In this document: positions 50,648-60,528 of the stretch, one piece after another
Layout: the number at the start of each line of letters is the position of its first letter
Numbering within the stretch: position 1 is the first letter of the stretch
Assembly (NCBI RefSeq): GCF_037126435.1
Contig: NZ_CP147020.1
Location: 1,715,293-1,779,292, forward strand
DNA: 64,000 nt
DNA from: Bernardetia sp. ABR2-2B
GTDB lineage: Bacteria > Bacteroidota > Bacteroidia > Cytophagales > Bernardetiaceae
Direction of reading: 5' to 3'
Notes under the pieces: model-generated
Database searches by the model: none
The model's input: the letters and a program-made list of their open reading frames with translations, nothing else
What the model was told of the DNA's origin: nothing
Translations under genes and position numbers: made by a program

Positions 50648-53600
50648 ATGCTCAATCGATTCAGCATTCGTACCAAAATCACAATACGACTTATAGTGGT
50701 AGTGCTTATGGCTGCATTTGTGCTAAGTTGGGTTTCTTACGATCGTGGAAAAGAAGCCGTCGAACAGCGTTATTGGCAAAACCTTAAAGTAATTAATAAA
50801 CTTAAAAGTAAAGAAATTCAAGGAGTATTTTCTCAGATTAGTTCGCATGTTAAATTACTTCAAGAATATTCTTCTGTACTTCAATCCCTTCGCAGTGTAA
50901 GTACAATTAGTGAGAGTAAATATACAGATACATTACAAAATCAGCTTCGCAATAAATTAAATGAATCATTACTTCCCTTTAAAGAAACCTATGACTATCC
51001 AAATCTAGTGCTTGTCAATAAAGACGGAAGGATAATTTATAAAACTAATTCAACAGCTGATTATCTTATTTTTGGTAGAATACACGACCGTTATCAAGAG
51101 CTTCTGACACACGCTAATGATGGAATTTATTTTAATGAACCAAGAATAGCAAAAGAGCTTTCAGGAAACCCTAGCCGTATGGAAGCGATTGCTCCTATCT
51201 ACGACCCACAACAAAATTACTTAAAGATAGGCTATATCATTGTCGAACTAGATATGGAAGTTATCTATAATGTTGTTGAAGATAAAACAGGACTAGGAGA
51301 AACAGGTGAGATTGTTTTGGGAAGACAAAAAAGTGCTACTACCATTACTATTTTAAATGAATTAAAAACTCAAGGTCCAAATACTCCTAAAATAATGGGA
51401 GATGGAAAAGCAGAAGCATTGGAAAAAGCATTAAAAGAAAAAACAGAAGGCTATGAGTTTTCAATAGACTATAAAGGCGACGAAACACTTGCTACTTGGA
51501 ATTATATTGAACCTGTCGGTTGGGGAATGGTTACACAAGTAAACAAAAGTGCCGTAGAAAGTGATTTGAATGGGCTTGTCATTGCATTTATCCTAACAGG
51601 TGTAGTGATTATCGTTGTTGCTGGTGGACTTTCTTTTATATTCTCTACTCTTCTTACTCGTCCTATCGAACGCCTACAAGTTGTTTTAGGAATTGTAGCA
51701 AAAGGAGAACTACCAAAAGAAATAAAAAAAGAAACCAATGATGAAATTGGACAAATGACAGAGGCTGTCAATAATTTAGTACAAGCTCTCAAACGAACAG
51801 CTGACTTTGCCTATCAGATTGGAAAGGGAAATTATAAAGCCTCTTTCAAACCTATGGGCAATAATGACACCTTGGGTAATGCTTTGATTACGATGCGAGA
51901 TAGTATTCAAGATGCAGATAGTAAAGACAAACAAAGAAACTGGATTGTATCAGGTGTAGCAGAAGTAGGACAGATTTTACGTGAATATCAAACTATAGAG
52001 CTTCTTTCAGAAAAAATCATTGCTTTTATCACAGAAAAAATAAACGCTGTTCAAGGCAGTTTTTATATTGTAGAAGAAGATGAAATTACACAAGAAAGCA
52101 CCATTGAAATAAGTGCAACCTATGCTTATCATAAAAGAAAATATCTCAAAAAATCATTTCGTTTTGCAGAGGGATTAGTAGGACAAGCAGCTATTGAGCA
52201 AGATATTATTCTTCGCACCGAAATTCCTGATAATTATATGACCATTAGTTCAGGACTTTTAGGAGAACAGAAGCCAAAAGCTTTACTTATCGTACCTCTT
52301 ATTACAGATGAAAAAGTATTTGGAGTAATGGAATTTGCAGGGTTTTCAAGATTTACTGATACAGAGGTAAATTTTGTTCGTGAAATTAGTATTATTATTG
52401 CCCGAACTATCTTCAATATAAAGGTAAATGACCGTACTGTTTCTCTTCTTCAAGAATCACAGCAAATGAGTGAAGAGCTTCAATTACAACAAGAAGTCTT
52501 GCGCCAAAATGCAGAAGAAATGGAATCTACACAAGAGGAACTCCGTAAATCTAATGCACGACTAGAAGAGCAAGTCTTGGAAGTAAATCGTACTCAAAAA
52601 CGTATGCAAGTCCTGCTAGAAAATGCCTCAGAAGTAATTACTATTTATGAGAAGAATGGAAAAGTTCGCTACATAAGTCCATCTATTGAATCTATTTTGG
52701 GCTACGAACAATCTGAACTCATCGGAACAAATGATGTAGATAATGTTCAACAAGCAAGTAAAGAAGCCTTTAGGCAACTTTTTGAAAACCTTTTAGAACA
52801 TCCAGACGAAAATATTACTATTCAATATGAATACCGTAAAAAAAATGGAGATGCTGTTTGGTTAGAAGCTACAGGAACAAATCGTTTGAGCGACCCTGCT
52901 ATTAGAGGTATTGTTATTAACTCTAGAGATATTACAGAGCGAAGACGTGCCGAACAAGAATCTCGTATGCGTGGACAAATGCAAGCACTTTCGGAAAACT
53001 CACCTGACCTTATTATGCGTCTGAACCCAGACGGAAAGATTTTTTATGTCAATCCAACCATCAAAAATTTAACTGGTTTAGAGCCTTCAACACTGACAAA
53101 CAAGATGATGAAAGGTTCAGAATTGCCTACTGCTATTGTCAAACGTATTGAAGAAATTACAGAAAAAGTAAATAGAACAGGAAATAAAGTGCTAAGGGAA
53201 CTAGAAATTGATTCGGTTGCAGGTCAGCGTGTCATGCAAACAACAGCGATTCCTGAGTACAACGACCAAGCTTATTTAGAATCAATACTGGTAGTTTCTC
53301 ACGATATAACAGAGAGAAAAAGAACTGAATTTGAGGTTAGAGAAACAAACCGTAAAATTTCAGAAAGTATTAACTATGCAAGACGTATTCAAGGTGCAAT
53401 TTTACCAGAAAGTCGTCATTTACAAAGCATTTTTCCAGATTCCTTTATTTTTTATAAACCTAGAGATATTGTTAGTGGAGATTTTCCTTGGTATGTACAA
53501 AAGGGCGATGATGTTTATATTGCAGCCGTTGATTGTACAGGACATGGAGTACCTGGGGCTTTGATTTCTCTTATTGGATACTTTATTTTAAATGAAATTT

Positions 53601-54115
53601 TAAGTTCTAGTCAGACTATTCTTTCTCCTGCCCAAATACTAGATAGACTAAATAAAGGAGTTGCACAAACACTAAGACAGGATACAGAAGGAAATACCAA
53701 AGACGGTATGGACATTGCACTTTGTCGTATTAATAGAAAACAAAATAAGGTAGAATTTGCTGGAGCACATCGTCCTTTATATGTCTTACCAAAAGAAGGT
53801 AACTTAATACAAATAAAAGGAGACCGAAAACCAATTGGTGGTGGAGCTATTTACAGTAAATCTGATGACTTTAGTAATCATAATTATAAAATTTCTAAAG
53901 GAGATTCACTTTATATTTTCTCTGATGGTTTGCCTGACCAGTTTGGAGGAGAAGAGGATAAAAAATTCTCTGCTAAACAGATACGTGAAATTTTAGTAGA
54001 AAATAGAAATCAAAACATGGAAGAAATGCATATTACTTTCGAAAATCGTTTTGAGCAATGGATGGGAAATAGTAAACAAATTGATGATATTTTGATGATT
54101 GGCATTAAGTTTTGA
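50648..54115 (+). CDS. multidomain sensor PP2C phosphatase (Cache-like periplasmic domain, TM, HAMP, GAF, coiled coil, 2 PAS, PP2C/SpoIIE; SiaA-like)
   Basis: TM helices flank a roughly 270-aa periplasmic region; HAMP (LTRPIERLQVVLG ... DEIGQMTEAVNNLV); GAF; PAS motifs; C-terminal PP2C motifs SGDFPWY, DCTGHGVPGALIS, FSDGLPDQFGG. Confidence 0.85.
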   Translation: MLNRFSIRTKITIRLIVVVLMAAFVLSWVSYDRGKEAVEQRYWQNLKVINKLKSKEIQGVFSQISSHVKLLQEYSSVLQSLRSVSTISESKYTDTLQNQLRNKLNESLLPFKETYDYPNLVLVNKDGRIIYKTNSTADYLIFGRIHDRYQELLTHANDGIYFNEPRIAKELSGNPSRMEAIAPIYDPQQNYLKIGYIIVELDMEVIYNVVEDKTGLGETGEIVLGRQKSATTITILNELKTQGPNTPKIMGDGKAEALEKALKEKTEGYEFSIDYKGDETLATWNYIEPVGWGMVTQVNKSAVESDLNGLVIAFILTGVVIIVVAGGLSFIFSTLLTRPIERLQVVLGIVAKGELPKEIKKETNDEIGQMTEAVNNLVQALKRTADFAYQIGKGNYKASFKPMGNNDTLGNALITMRDSIQDADSKDKQRNWIVSGVAEVGQILREYQTIELLSEKIIAFITEKINAVQGSFYIVEEDEITQESTIEISATYAYHKRKYLKKSFRFAEGLVGQAAIEQDIILRTEIPDNYMTISSGLLGEQKPKALLIVPLITDEKVFGVMEFAGFSRFTDTEVNFVREISIIIARTIFNIKVNDRTVSLLQESQQMSEELQLQQEVLRQNAEEMESTQEELRKSNARLEEQVLEVNRTQKRMQVLLENASEVITIYEKNGKVRYISPSIESILGYEQSELIGTNDVDNVQQASKEAFRQLFENLLEHPDENITIQYEYRKKNGDAVWLEATGTNRLSDPAIRGIVINSRDITERRRAEQESRMRGQMQALSENSPDLIMRLNPDGKIFYVNPTIKNLTGLEPSTLTNKMMKGSELPTAIVKRIEEITEKVNRTGNKVLRELEIDSVAGQRVMQTTAIPEYNDQAYLESILVVSHDITERKRTEFEVRETNRKISESINYARRIQGAILPESRHLQSIFPDSFIFYKPRDIVSGDFPWYVQKGDDVYIAAVDCTGHGVPGALISLIGYFILNEILSSSQTILSPAQILDRLNKGVAQTLRQDTEGNTKDGMDIALCRINRKQNKVEFAGAHRPLYVLPKEGNLIQIKGDRKPIGGGAIYSKSDDFSNHNYKISKGDSLYIFSDGLPDQFGGEEDKKFSAKQIREILVENRNQNMEEMHITFENRFEQWMGNSKQIDDILMIGIKF

Positions 54116-54496
54116 TAAACTTCTTTTCGACTTTATTGAAGGTTCATTTAAGTTTTCAAGAAAATCAACTTTTTTTTAATTTATTTTAATTCTTACTTTG
54201 TTCTTCTAATAATTTATCCTAACTTAAAGGCATGTTTAAAGATAAAGGTTTAGATAAAAACCAAACAGTAGGTAAAAATCTTATACAAATGCTCTTTATT
54301 TTCGCTAAAAAGCCTTTTTATTTGGACAAAACCTTTGCTTAGAACATCATTTTCTATGTACTTTTGTTAAACTAGCTTGTAGCAGGTTTATCATACAGAT
54401 ATTTTGATTCAACTATTTTACTTAATTGTTTTAATATAGACTCTAATTTTTTTAAAGATACTCTCAAGACATTTTCAAGATATTAAGCCACTAATT

Positions 54497-55078
54497 ATGA
54501 AATATATTTATGACTTACACAAGGTTATGCTCAAACAAAGCTTGCTTTTAGTATATGAAGGCGAGTTTAGTCAAGAAATAACTAAGGCTGTTTTGGCAAT
54601 GGCAGAACGTAATATGGATTCCTTTGGTGAGCAACGCAAAGTCAAGACAAAGGTCTTTAATGTCATGGTAGAAGATTTACAAAACATCTTTAAACACTCT
54701 CAAAGCTATCAAGAAGAGATTTATGGAAAGAATAATGCTATTTTTTCTTTAGCCAAAACTGACGACCATTATTTCGTTCTTTCTGGGAATCCACTTTTTA
54801 CAAATGAAGTAGAAGCTTTAAAGAATCGTCTTGAAGAAATTAATTTGTTAGATGCTGCTGGTCTAAAAGAAGAATACAAACGCATTATCAAAAGTAAGAA
54901 AGGCGTTGGAAAAGATGGATTATCTGATAAAGGAGGCGCAGGTCTTGGGTTCATTGATATGGCTCGTAAATCAGGTAATAAAATTCGTTTTGACTTTGAG
55001 AAGATCAATGATGAACTTTCATTTTTCTCACTTCGCATGACAATCAATCGTAATCCTGATGCAGAAAAAAAAGGTTAA
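54497..55078 (+). CDS. SiaB-like GHKL-fold Ser/Thr protein kinase (anti-sigma-factor-like)
   Basis: About 190 aa with the G2-box-like GGAGLGFIDMARKSG of HATPase_c/RsbW-type kinases, directly upstream of a DUF1987 gene. Confidence 0.55.
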   Translation: MKYIYDLHKVMLKQSLLLVYEGEFSQEITKAVLAMAERNMDSFGEQRKVKTKVFNVMVEDLQNIFKHSQSYQEEIYGKNNAIFSLAKTDDHYFVLSGNPLFTNEVEALKNRLEEINLLDAAGLKEEYKRIIKSKKGVGKDGLSDKGGAGLGFIDMARKSGNKIRFDFEKINDELSFFSLRMTINRNPDAEKKG

Positions 55079-55185
55079 AATAACAGATAAAATATTCAAA
55101 ATACAGTCAATTTAATTTGACACTATATTAATTCAAACTTACAACTCATTTTAGAATTTTATACTAAAAATACTCTATAAAGAAT

Positions 55186-55548
55186 ATGGACGTAATCAAC
55201 TTAGAACCAACAGAAGACACACCAAAAGTAATCTTAGACAAAGATCGTCAGGCATTCGAAATATCTGGTCGTTCTCTTCCTGAAGATGCAGCCGAATTTT
55301 ATCAACCTATCTTAGATTGGTTAGACGAATACGAAAACCAAGTAAATCCAGACACGAAATTTATGTTTAAGTTGGAGTATTTCAATACTGCATCATCAAA
55401 ACTTATCTTGGATATTCTTTCTAAATTAGAAGAAATTGAAGGTGCATCTGTAATTTGGTATTTTCATGAAGATGATGAAGATATGGAGGAAGCAGGAGAA
55501 GAATTTTCTGACCTTGTAGATATTCCTTTTGACTTCAAAACCTATTAA
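55186..55548 (+). CDS. DUF1987 (SiaC-like) phospho-switch protein
   Basis: 120 aa, EYFNTASSK motif with Thr at position 68, acidic C-terminus. Confidence 0.65.
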   Translation: MDVINLEPTEDTPKVILDKDRQAFEISGRSLPEDAAEFYQPILDWLDEYENQVNPDTKFMFKLEYFNTASSKLILDILSKLEEIEGASVIWYFHEDDEDMEEAGEEFSDLVDIPFDFKTY

Positions 55549-55897
55549 TAAAAATAGTTTTTTTATAAGAATAACAGCTCATTTGAATTGATTATTTTTA
55601 TGTGAAGTTAATTTATACAGCTTGTGTAATTAAGGAGTTGATTATCAAATACTTAATTATTCATTGTCAATTAATTTTTATAGGGTAATTTCGCTTAGTC
55701 TTCTCTATTCGAAGTTTGCCCTTTTATGCCTTTTAAATAAAAATACTCTTGATTTACAAAACTGTATAGTTTAAAAGAGATAAGAAAGAAGATATTATAT
55801 AAATAGAAACTTGACTTTCAAGTGGCGAATCAGAAGTAATACTTAATAATGAATTTCGTAATTTTTAATGCGTAATTCGTAATCGACATTAAAGAAT

Positions 55898-58800
55898 ATG
55901 AGTGAAGAAATACTAAAAGCCCTAACCCAATTATTTGCAGTTGTTTCTAAACAAGACGGTGGCGTATCTGAAGCCGAGCGTAATTTTGTTATTCGATTCT
56001 TCGAACAAGAGTTGGATAGAAAAAGACTTGCTGAATATGTTGCACTCTATGACCAATATGCAGAATCAGGAGTAGAAGGAGAAGATAAAAAAGGAGCTGA
56101 AGCAACAGCAGAAAATCCAGAAGATATAGTTATAATAACAGAAGGCAAAACACCTGAAGAAATAGAACAGCAAGAAAAAGATAAAGCTAGAGCCATACGA
56201 AGAGCTAAACGAAAAGCAAAAAAAGCAGCAGAAGGAGGAGATAGTGGAAACATTAAGTTAAAAGATAGTATGCGTACGCTTAAAGTATGTAGAAATATCA
56301 ATAAAACACTTGCTCAAAAGCAAAAAGTTATTGTTACATTTAAGATTTTAGAGATGCTTGCCGTTGATAGAAACTTTAGTAGCCATAGATTAGAAATTAT
56401 ACAAACAGCTTCTGAAATCTTTAGAATTCCAAAAGAAGAATATGAATTGATGGAAAACTTTGTTATCTCAACAGATTCTCCTCAAATGTTCGATTCCCCA
56501 GACCTTTTAGTATTTGATGAAGAAGCTCCTCCAGTAGAGAGCAGAAAAAAATTCATTGATTCAGGACTTTTAGATGGCGAAATTGTTTTTATTCGTCTGA
56601 AAAGTGTTGAATTATATTTTACAAAATATAATGGTAATGATGAGATTTTCCTAAATGGTCAGCTTGTCAAAAAGGGAACAATCGTTCTTTTCTCAAATGG
56701 TAGTGTTTTCAAAACACCGAAAGGTGCGCCTCTTTATTATAGTGATTTAGTTACTCGTTATAATGATACAGCTCAACAAAATCCTATCTCATTTAATGTC
56801 ATTAATTTAGATTTCCGTTTTCCAGACGGAACTATCGGACTTCGCAACGTAAATATTGCAGAAGGACCAGGAAAACTGCTCAGTATAATGGGAGCAAGTG
56901 GAGCAGGAAAAACTACGCTTCTCAATGTTTTGGCTGGTTTGGAAAATCCTTATAAGGGCGAAGTACGTATAAACGGTTTCAATCTTCATACAGAATCAGA
57001 TATGGTAGAGGGCGTAATTGGTTACGTTTCTCAAGATGATTTACTAATAGAAGAACTCAGTGTTTATCAAAACTTGTATTATAACGCTAAGCTTTGCTTT
57101 AAAAATCTTAGTGAAGAAGAGCTTGATGCTCGTGTGATGGAGGTTTTGGCAAGTTTAGGATTAGATAGAATAAAAGACATTACAGTGGGTAGTGTATTGA
57201 ATAAAATGATAAGTGGAGGGCAACGTAAGCGTCTCAATATTGCTTTGGAGCTTATTCGTGAACCTGCCGTTATGTTCGTAGATGAGCCTACATCAGGTCT
57301 TTCTTCAAGAGATTCAGAAAATGTAATTGACCTTCTAAAAGAACTTTCACTCAAAGGAAAACTTATTTTCGTAGTAATTCACCAGCCTTCTTCAGACATT
57401 TATAAGATGTTTGATAAAATGATTTTGTTAGATACAGGAGGCTATCCAATTTATTATGGAAATCCTGTTGAAGCGATTGCTTATTTCAAACGTGCTACAA
57501 ATCAAGTAGGAAGTGATAACGGACAATGTCAAACATGTGGAACAGTTACACCAGAACTTCTCTTTAATATAATTGAAGCAAGAGTAGTAAATGAATATGG
57601 AGAATATACAGGTGTAAGAAAAATAGCTCCACCAGAATGGAACGATTTGTACAAACAAACACATTCTATTTCACCAGTAGAAACTGTAAACGAGCCACCA
57701 CCAAACTCACTCAGTATTCCTTCAAAGATAAAACAGGCTGCTATTTTTATGACTAGAGATTTTCTCTCTAAGATTAGTAATACGCAGTATATGATGATAA
57801 ATCTTTTAGAAGCTCCTTTACTTGCACTTTTACTCTCTGTAATCGTCCGATTCAAAAATGCAAAAGATGCAGAAGAATATATATTCCGATATAATGATAA
57901 TGTACCTGCTTATATGCTGATTGCTATTATTGTTGCTCTTTTTATGGGATTAACAGTAAGTGCTGAGGAAATCATTCGGGATAGAAAAATTCAGAGGAGA
58001 GAATCGTTCTTAAATCTAAGTAGGATAAGTTATCTGACTTCGAAGGTAGGTATTTTGTTTACTCTTTCAGCTATTCAAACGCTCACTTTTGCGCTCATTG
58101 GTAATACTATTTTAGAGATTCAAGGGATGTATTGGCAATATTGGCTTGTTTTATTTAGTATTTCTTGTTTTGCCAATGCCTTAGGACTAAATATTTCAGC
58201 TTCCTTCAATTCGGCTGTAACTGTTTATATTCTTATTCCATTATTACTTATTCCTCAAATGATTTTGAGTGGTGCAATTTTTAGATTTGACCAACTTAAT
58301 AATTCAATTGTAGAAAAGGGACGTATTCCACTTGTTGCTGACTTGATGGCTTCTCGTTGGGCGTATGAAGCGTTGGCTGTTGAGCAGTTTAAGGATAATC
58401 CTTTTGAAAGGCAGATTTTTGATGTAGAATTTGAGATTAGTCAGTATCAACATAAAGCCAATTTCTGGATTCCAAAGATGCAAGAAATTTTAGACCGTTC
58501 AGCAAATTATGCAGAGAGCGCACAAAATGAGAATGCTGATTCTGTTATGGTATTGCTTCAAGATGATATTGCATTGCTTAAACACGAATGGGAAAGTGAA
58601 AAAGTAAACGAAATACTTGATCGTTTGAAGATTCAGGCAGAAGACTTAGAACTTTCTTCAGAAGAGCAAAAACTATTAAATATAGATTTGGAAAAGACAC
58701 TTCAAATTATAGAGTTTGATAGAGAAATGGCTGACAAACTGAAAGCTGTCTTGGAAATGATACGCTCAAAGGTATTGACTCCCAAGTTTGTGATGGCTGG

Positions 58801-59203
58801 TGAAAGAAAAGATAGCATCATAAATGCAATGGAACAAAACCCTGCAAACAAACTTTCAGTAGTTGAACGAAAAAATAAATACACCAATGAGTATTTAGAA
58901 TCACAGGTGAAAAATGAAATGATAAAAGATAAATATGTAGAAGGAAATGGATTTTTGGTACAACAAACAGACCCTATTTTTGCTGTTCGTAATCCAAATA
59001 ACCTTTCTAGCCCATTAGACTATCGTACTCACTTCTTTGCTCCTGAAAAGCAATTTTTAGGTAATTATTTTGATACAATGTGGTTTAATGTATGTGTAAT
59101 GTGGGTAATGACAATTTTACTACTTATTACTCTTTATTTTGAATTACTCAAAAGATTAATTGATGTACTTGGAGGTATTAACTTTAGGAAAAAGAAAAAA
59201 TAA
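55898..59203 (+). CDS. ABCG-type half transporter (ATPase then ABC-2 permease) with N-terminal TerB-like domains and a possible FHA-like beta-sandwich
   Basis: N-terminal TerB-like DGGVSEAERNFVIRFF; Walker A GASGAGKTT, signature ISGGQRKRLNIALEL, Walker B MFVDEPTSGLSS; six C-terminal TM helices. Segment IFLNGQLVKKGTIVLFSNGSVF is FHA-like (uncertain). Confidence 0.8.
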   Translation: MSEEILKALTQLFAVVSKQDGGVSEAERNFVIRFFEQELDRKRLAEYVALYDQYAESGVEGEDKKGAEATAENPEDIVIITEGKTPEEIEQQEKDKARAIRRAKRKAKKAAEGGDSGNIKLKDSMRTLKVCRNINKTLAQKQKVIVTFKILEMLAVDRNFSSHRLEIIQTASEIFRIPKEEYELMENFVISTDSPQMFDSPDLLVFDEEAPPVESRKKFIDSGLLDGEIVFIRLKSVELYFTKYNGNDEIFLNGQLVKKGTIVLFSNGSVFKTPKGAPLYYSDLVTRYNDTAQQNPISFNVINLDFRFPDGTIGLRNVNIAEGPGKLLSIMGASGAGKTTLLNVLAGLENPYKGEVRINGFNLHTESDMVEGVIGYVSQDDLLIEELSVYQNLYYNAKLCFKNLSEEELDARVMEVLASLGLDRIKDITVGSVLNKMISGGQRKRLNIALELIREPAVMFVDEPTSGLSSRDSENVIDLLKELSLKGKLIFVVIHQPSSDIYKMFDKMILLDTGGYPIYYGNPVEAIAYFKRATNQVGSDNGQCQTCGTVTPELLFNIIEARVVNEYGEYTGVRKIAPPEWNDLYKQTHSISPVETVNEPPPNSLSIPSKIKQAAIFMTRDFLSKISNTQYMMINLLEAPLLALLLSVIVRFKNAKDAEEYIFRYNDNVPAYMLIAIIVALFMGLTVSAEEIIRDRKIQRRESFLNLSRISYLTSKVGILFTLSAIQTLTFALIGNTILEIQGMYWQYWLVLFSISCFANALGLNISASFNSAVTVYILIPLLLIPQMILSGAIFRFDQLNNSIVEKGRIPLVADLMASRWAYEALAVEQFKDNPFERQIFDVEFEISQYQHKANFWIPKMQEILDRSANYAESAQNENADSVMVLLQDDIALLKHEWESEKVNEILDRLKIQAEDLELSSEEQKLLNIDLEKTLQIIEFDREMADKLKAVLEMIRSKVLTPKFVMAGERKDSIINAMEQNPANKLSVVERKNKYTNEYLESQVKNEMIKDKYVEGNGFLVQQTDPIFAVRNPNNLSSPLDYRTHFFAPEKQFLGNYFDTMWFNVCVMWVMTILLLITLYFELLKRLIDVLGGINFRKKKK

Positions 59204-59428
59204 CTCAATACAAGTTTAAAACAATTTTGGGTTATTACTTGATTTTTCTAATAGATTTACTAATTTAGTTTATTATTTAATTACTCATTTTAGTTTTAGA
59301 GTTAAACCTATTTAGTTTATCAAACTCATATCATTAAAATTATCTCAATTACGACAATATTCTCTTATATGAAACATCTAGTTTATTCTATTCATACCAG
59401 TTCTATAATTAAGAAAAAAATGCTTTCT

Positions 59429-60352
59429 ATGAAAAAACTACAACTCATCGCTTTTCTACTCACTTTTGGTCTTTTTACACTTACTTCTTGTGGAGGAGAT
59501 AAGCCAACAGAAGAAACAACAGGAACAACAGAAGCAAATGCAGGAACTGCTGATACAGGAGCTGACGAAGATATCTTAGCCCCAGGGGTTATGAACGATA
59601 TTATTCAGTCTATCCCTTCACCTTTAGAGGTTTCTATTTTAATAAAAGATTTGGGAACAGATTATCACAAAGATAATTTGAGTAATCCTGATTTAGTAGA
59701 TAATTATACTAATAATTACAAAAAGGCTCTGAACTTGGGTGTGTATAGTACGGATTTAGGTTATGCTAATATTTATGAAAAAAATCAAGATGCACTAAAC
59801 TATCTCAACTCTGTCAAAAAATTAGCTGATGGACTAAATATTGGTCAGTTCTTCGATTATACAACCATCAAAAAACTAACTCAATCTAACAAAGATTTAG
59901 ATTCTCTCTTACAACTTACTACTCAGAATTTTGAGAAAATCAATACAGAACTTCGTAAGCAGAAACGTGAGTATTTAAGTATTCTTATTCTTACAGGTGG
60001 TTGGTTAGAGGCTAACTATATTACTTCTTTAGTTTTCAAAGAAAGTGGTAATGAAGACCTTAGAGAAAAAATAGGAGAACAAAAACTTGTTCTGAACCGT
60101 ATTCTTTTAGTTTTGAATGTTTATAAAAACAAACCTAACTTTAGTGGTTTCATAGCTGATTTGGAAGAACTCAAAAAAGTATATGAAAATGTAGAAATTG
60201 TAGAAAAAGACGGGCAGCCAAAAATGGAAGTCGTAAATGGTGAAATTGTAATCACAGATACAAAAGAAACTGTTGTCAATATATCCGAGTCTGATGTACA
60301 GTCTATCAATAGTTTGGTAGCTTCTATCCGTAATAAAATTATCAGTAATTAA
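59429..60352 (+). CDS. hypothetical lipoprotein
   Basis: The internal ATG gives MKKLQLIAFLLTFGLFTLTSCGG; the upstream extension to 59369 is possible. Confidence 0.45.
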   Translation: MKKLQLIAFLLTFGLFTLTSCGGDKPTEETTGTTEANAGTADTGADEDILAPGVMNDIIQSIPSPLEVSILIKDLGTDYHKDNLSNPDLVDNYTNNYKKALNLGVYSTDLGYANIYEKNQDALNYLNSVKKLADGLNIGQFFDYTTIKKLTQSNKDLDSLLQLTTQNFEKINTELRKQKREYLSILILTGGWLEANYITSLVFKESGNEDLREKIGEQKLVLNRILLVLNVYKNKPNFSGFIADLEELKKVYENVEIVEKDGQPKMEVVNGEIVITDTKETVVNISESDVQSINSLVASIRNKIISN

Positions 60353-60502
60353 TTTTATTCTAAATTTTTGACACAAAAATATAATCAAAAAACCCCTTTA
60401 GCTCCTCAAATAGACCGATTTTAATAAGAATTCAATATAAAATTTAAGATTGGACGGTTTTTTGATTATATCACAATAAAGAAGCGTATCAACAATAAAA
60501 TA

Positions 60503-60528
60503 ATAATCAATAACTAGTTATTGATTAT
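60503..60528. promoter_or_regulatory. perfect 26-bp palindrome ATAATCAATAACTAGTTATTGATTAT (candidate operator)
   Basis: Exact dyad symmetry in an intergenic region about 240 bp upstream of the 60767 gene. Confidence 0.35.
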
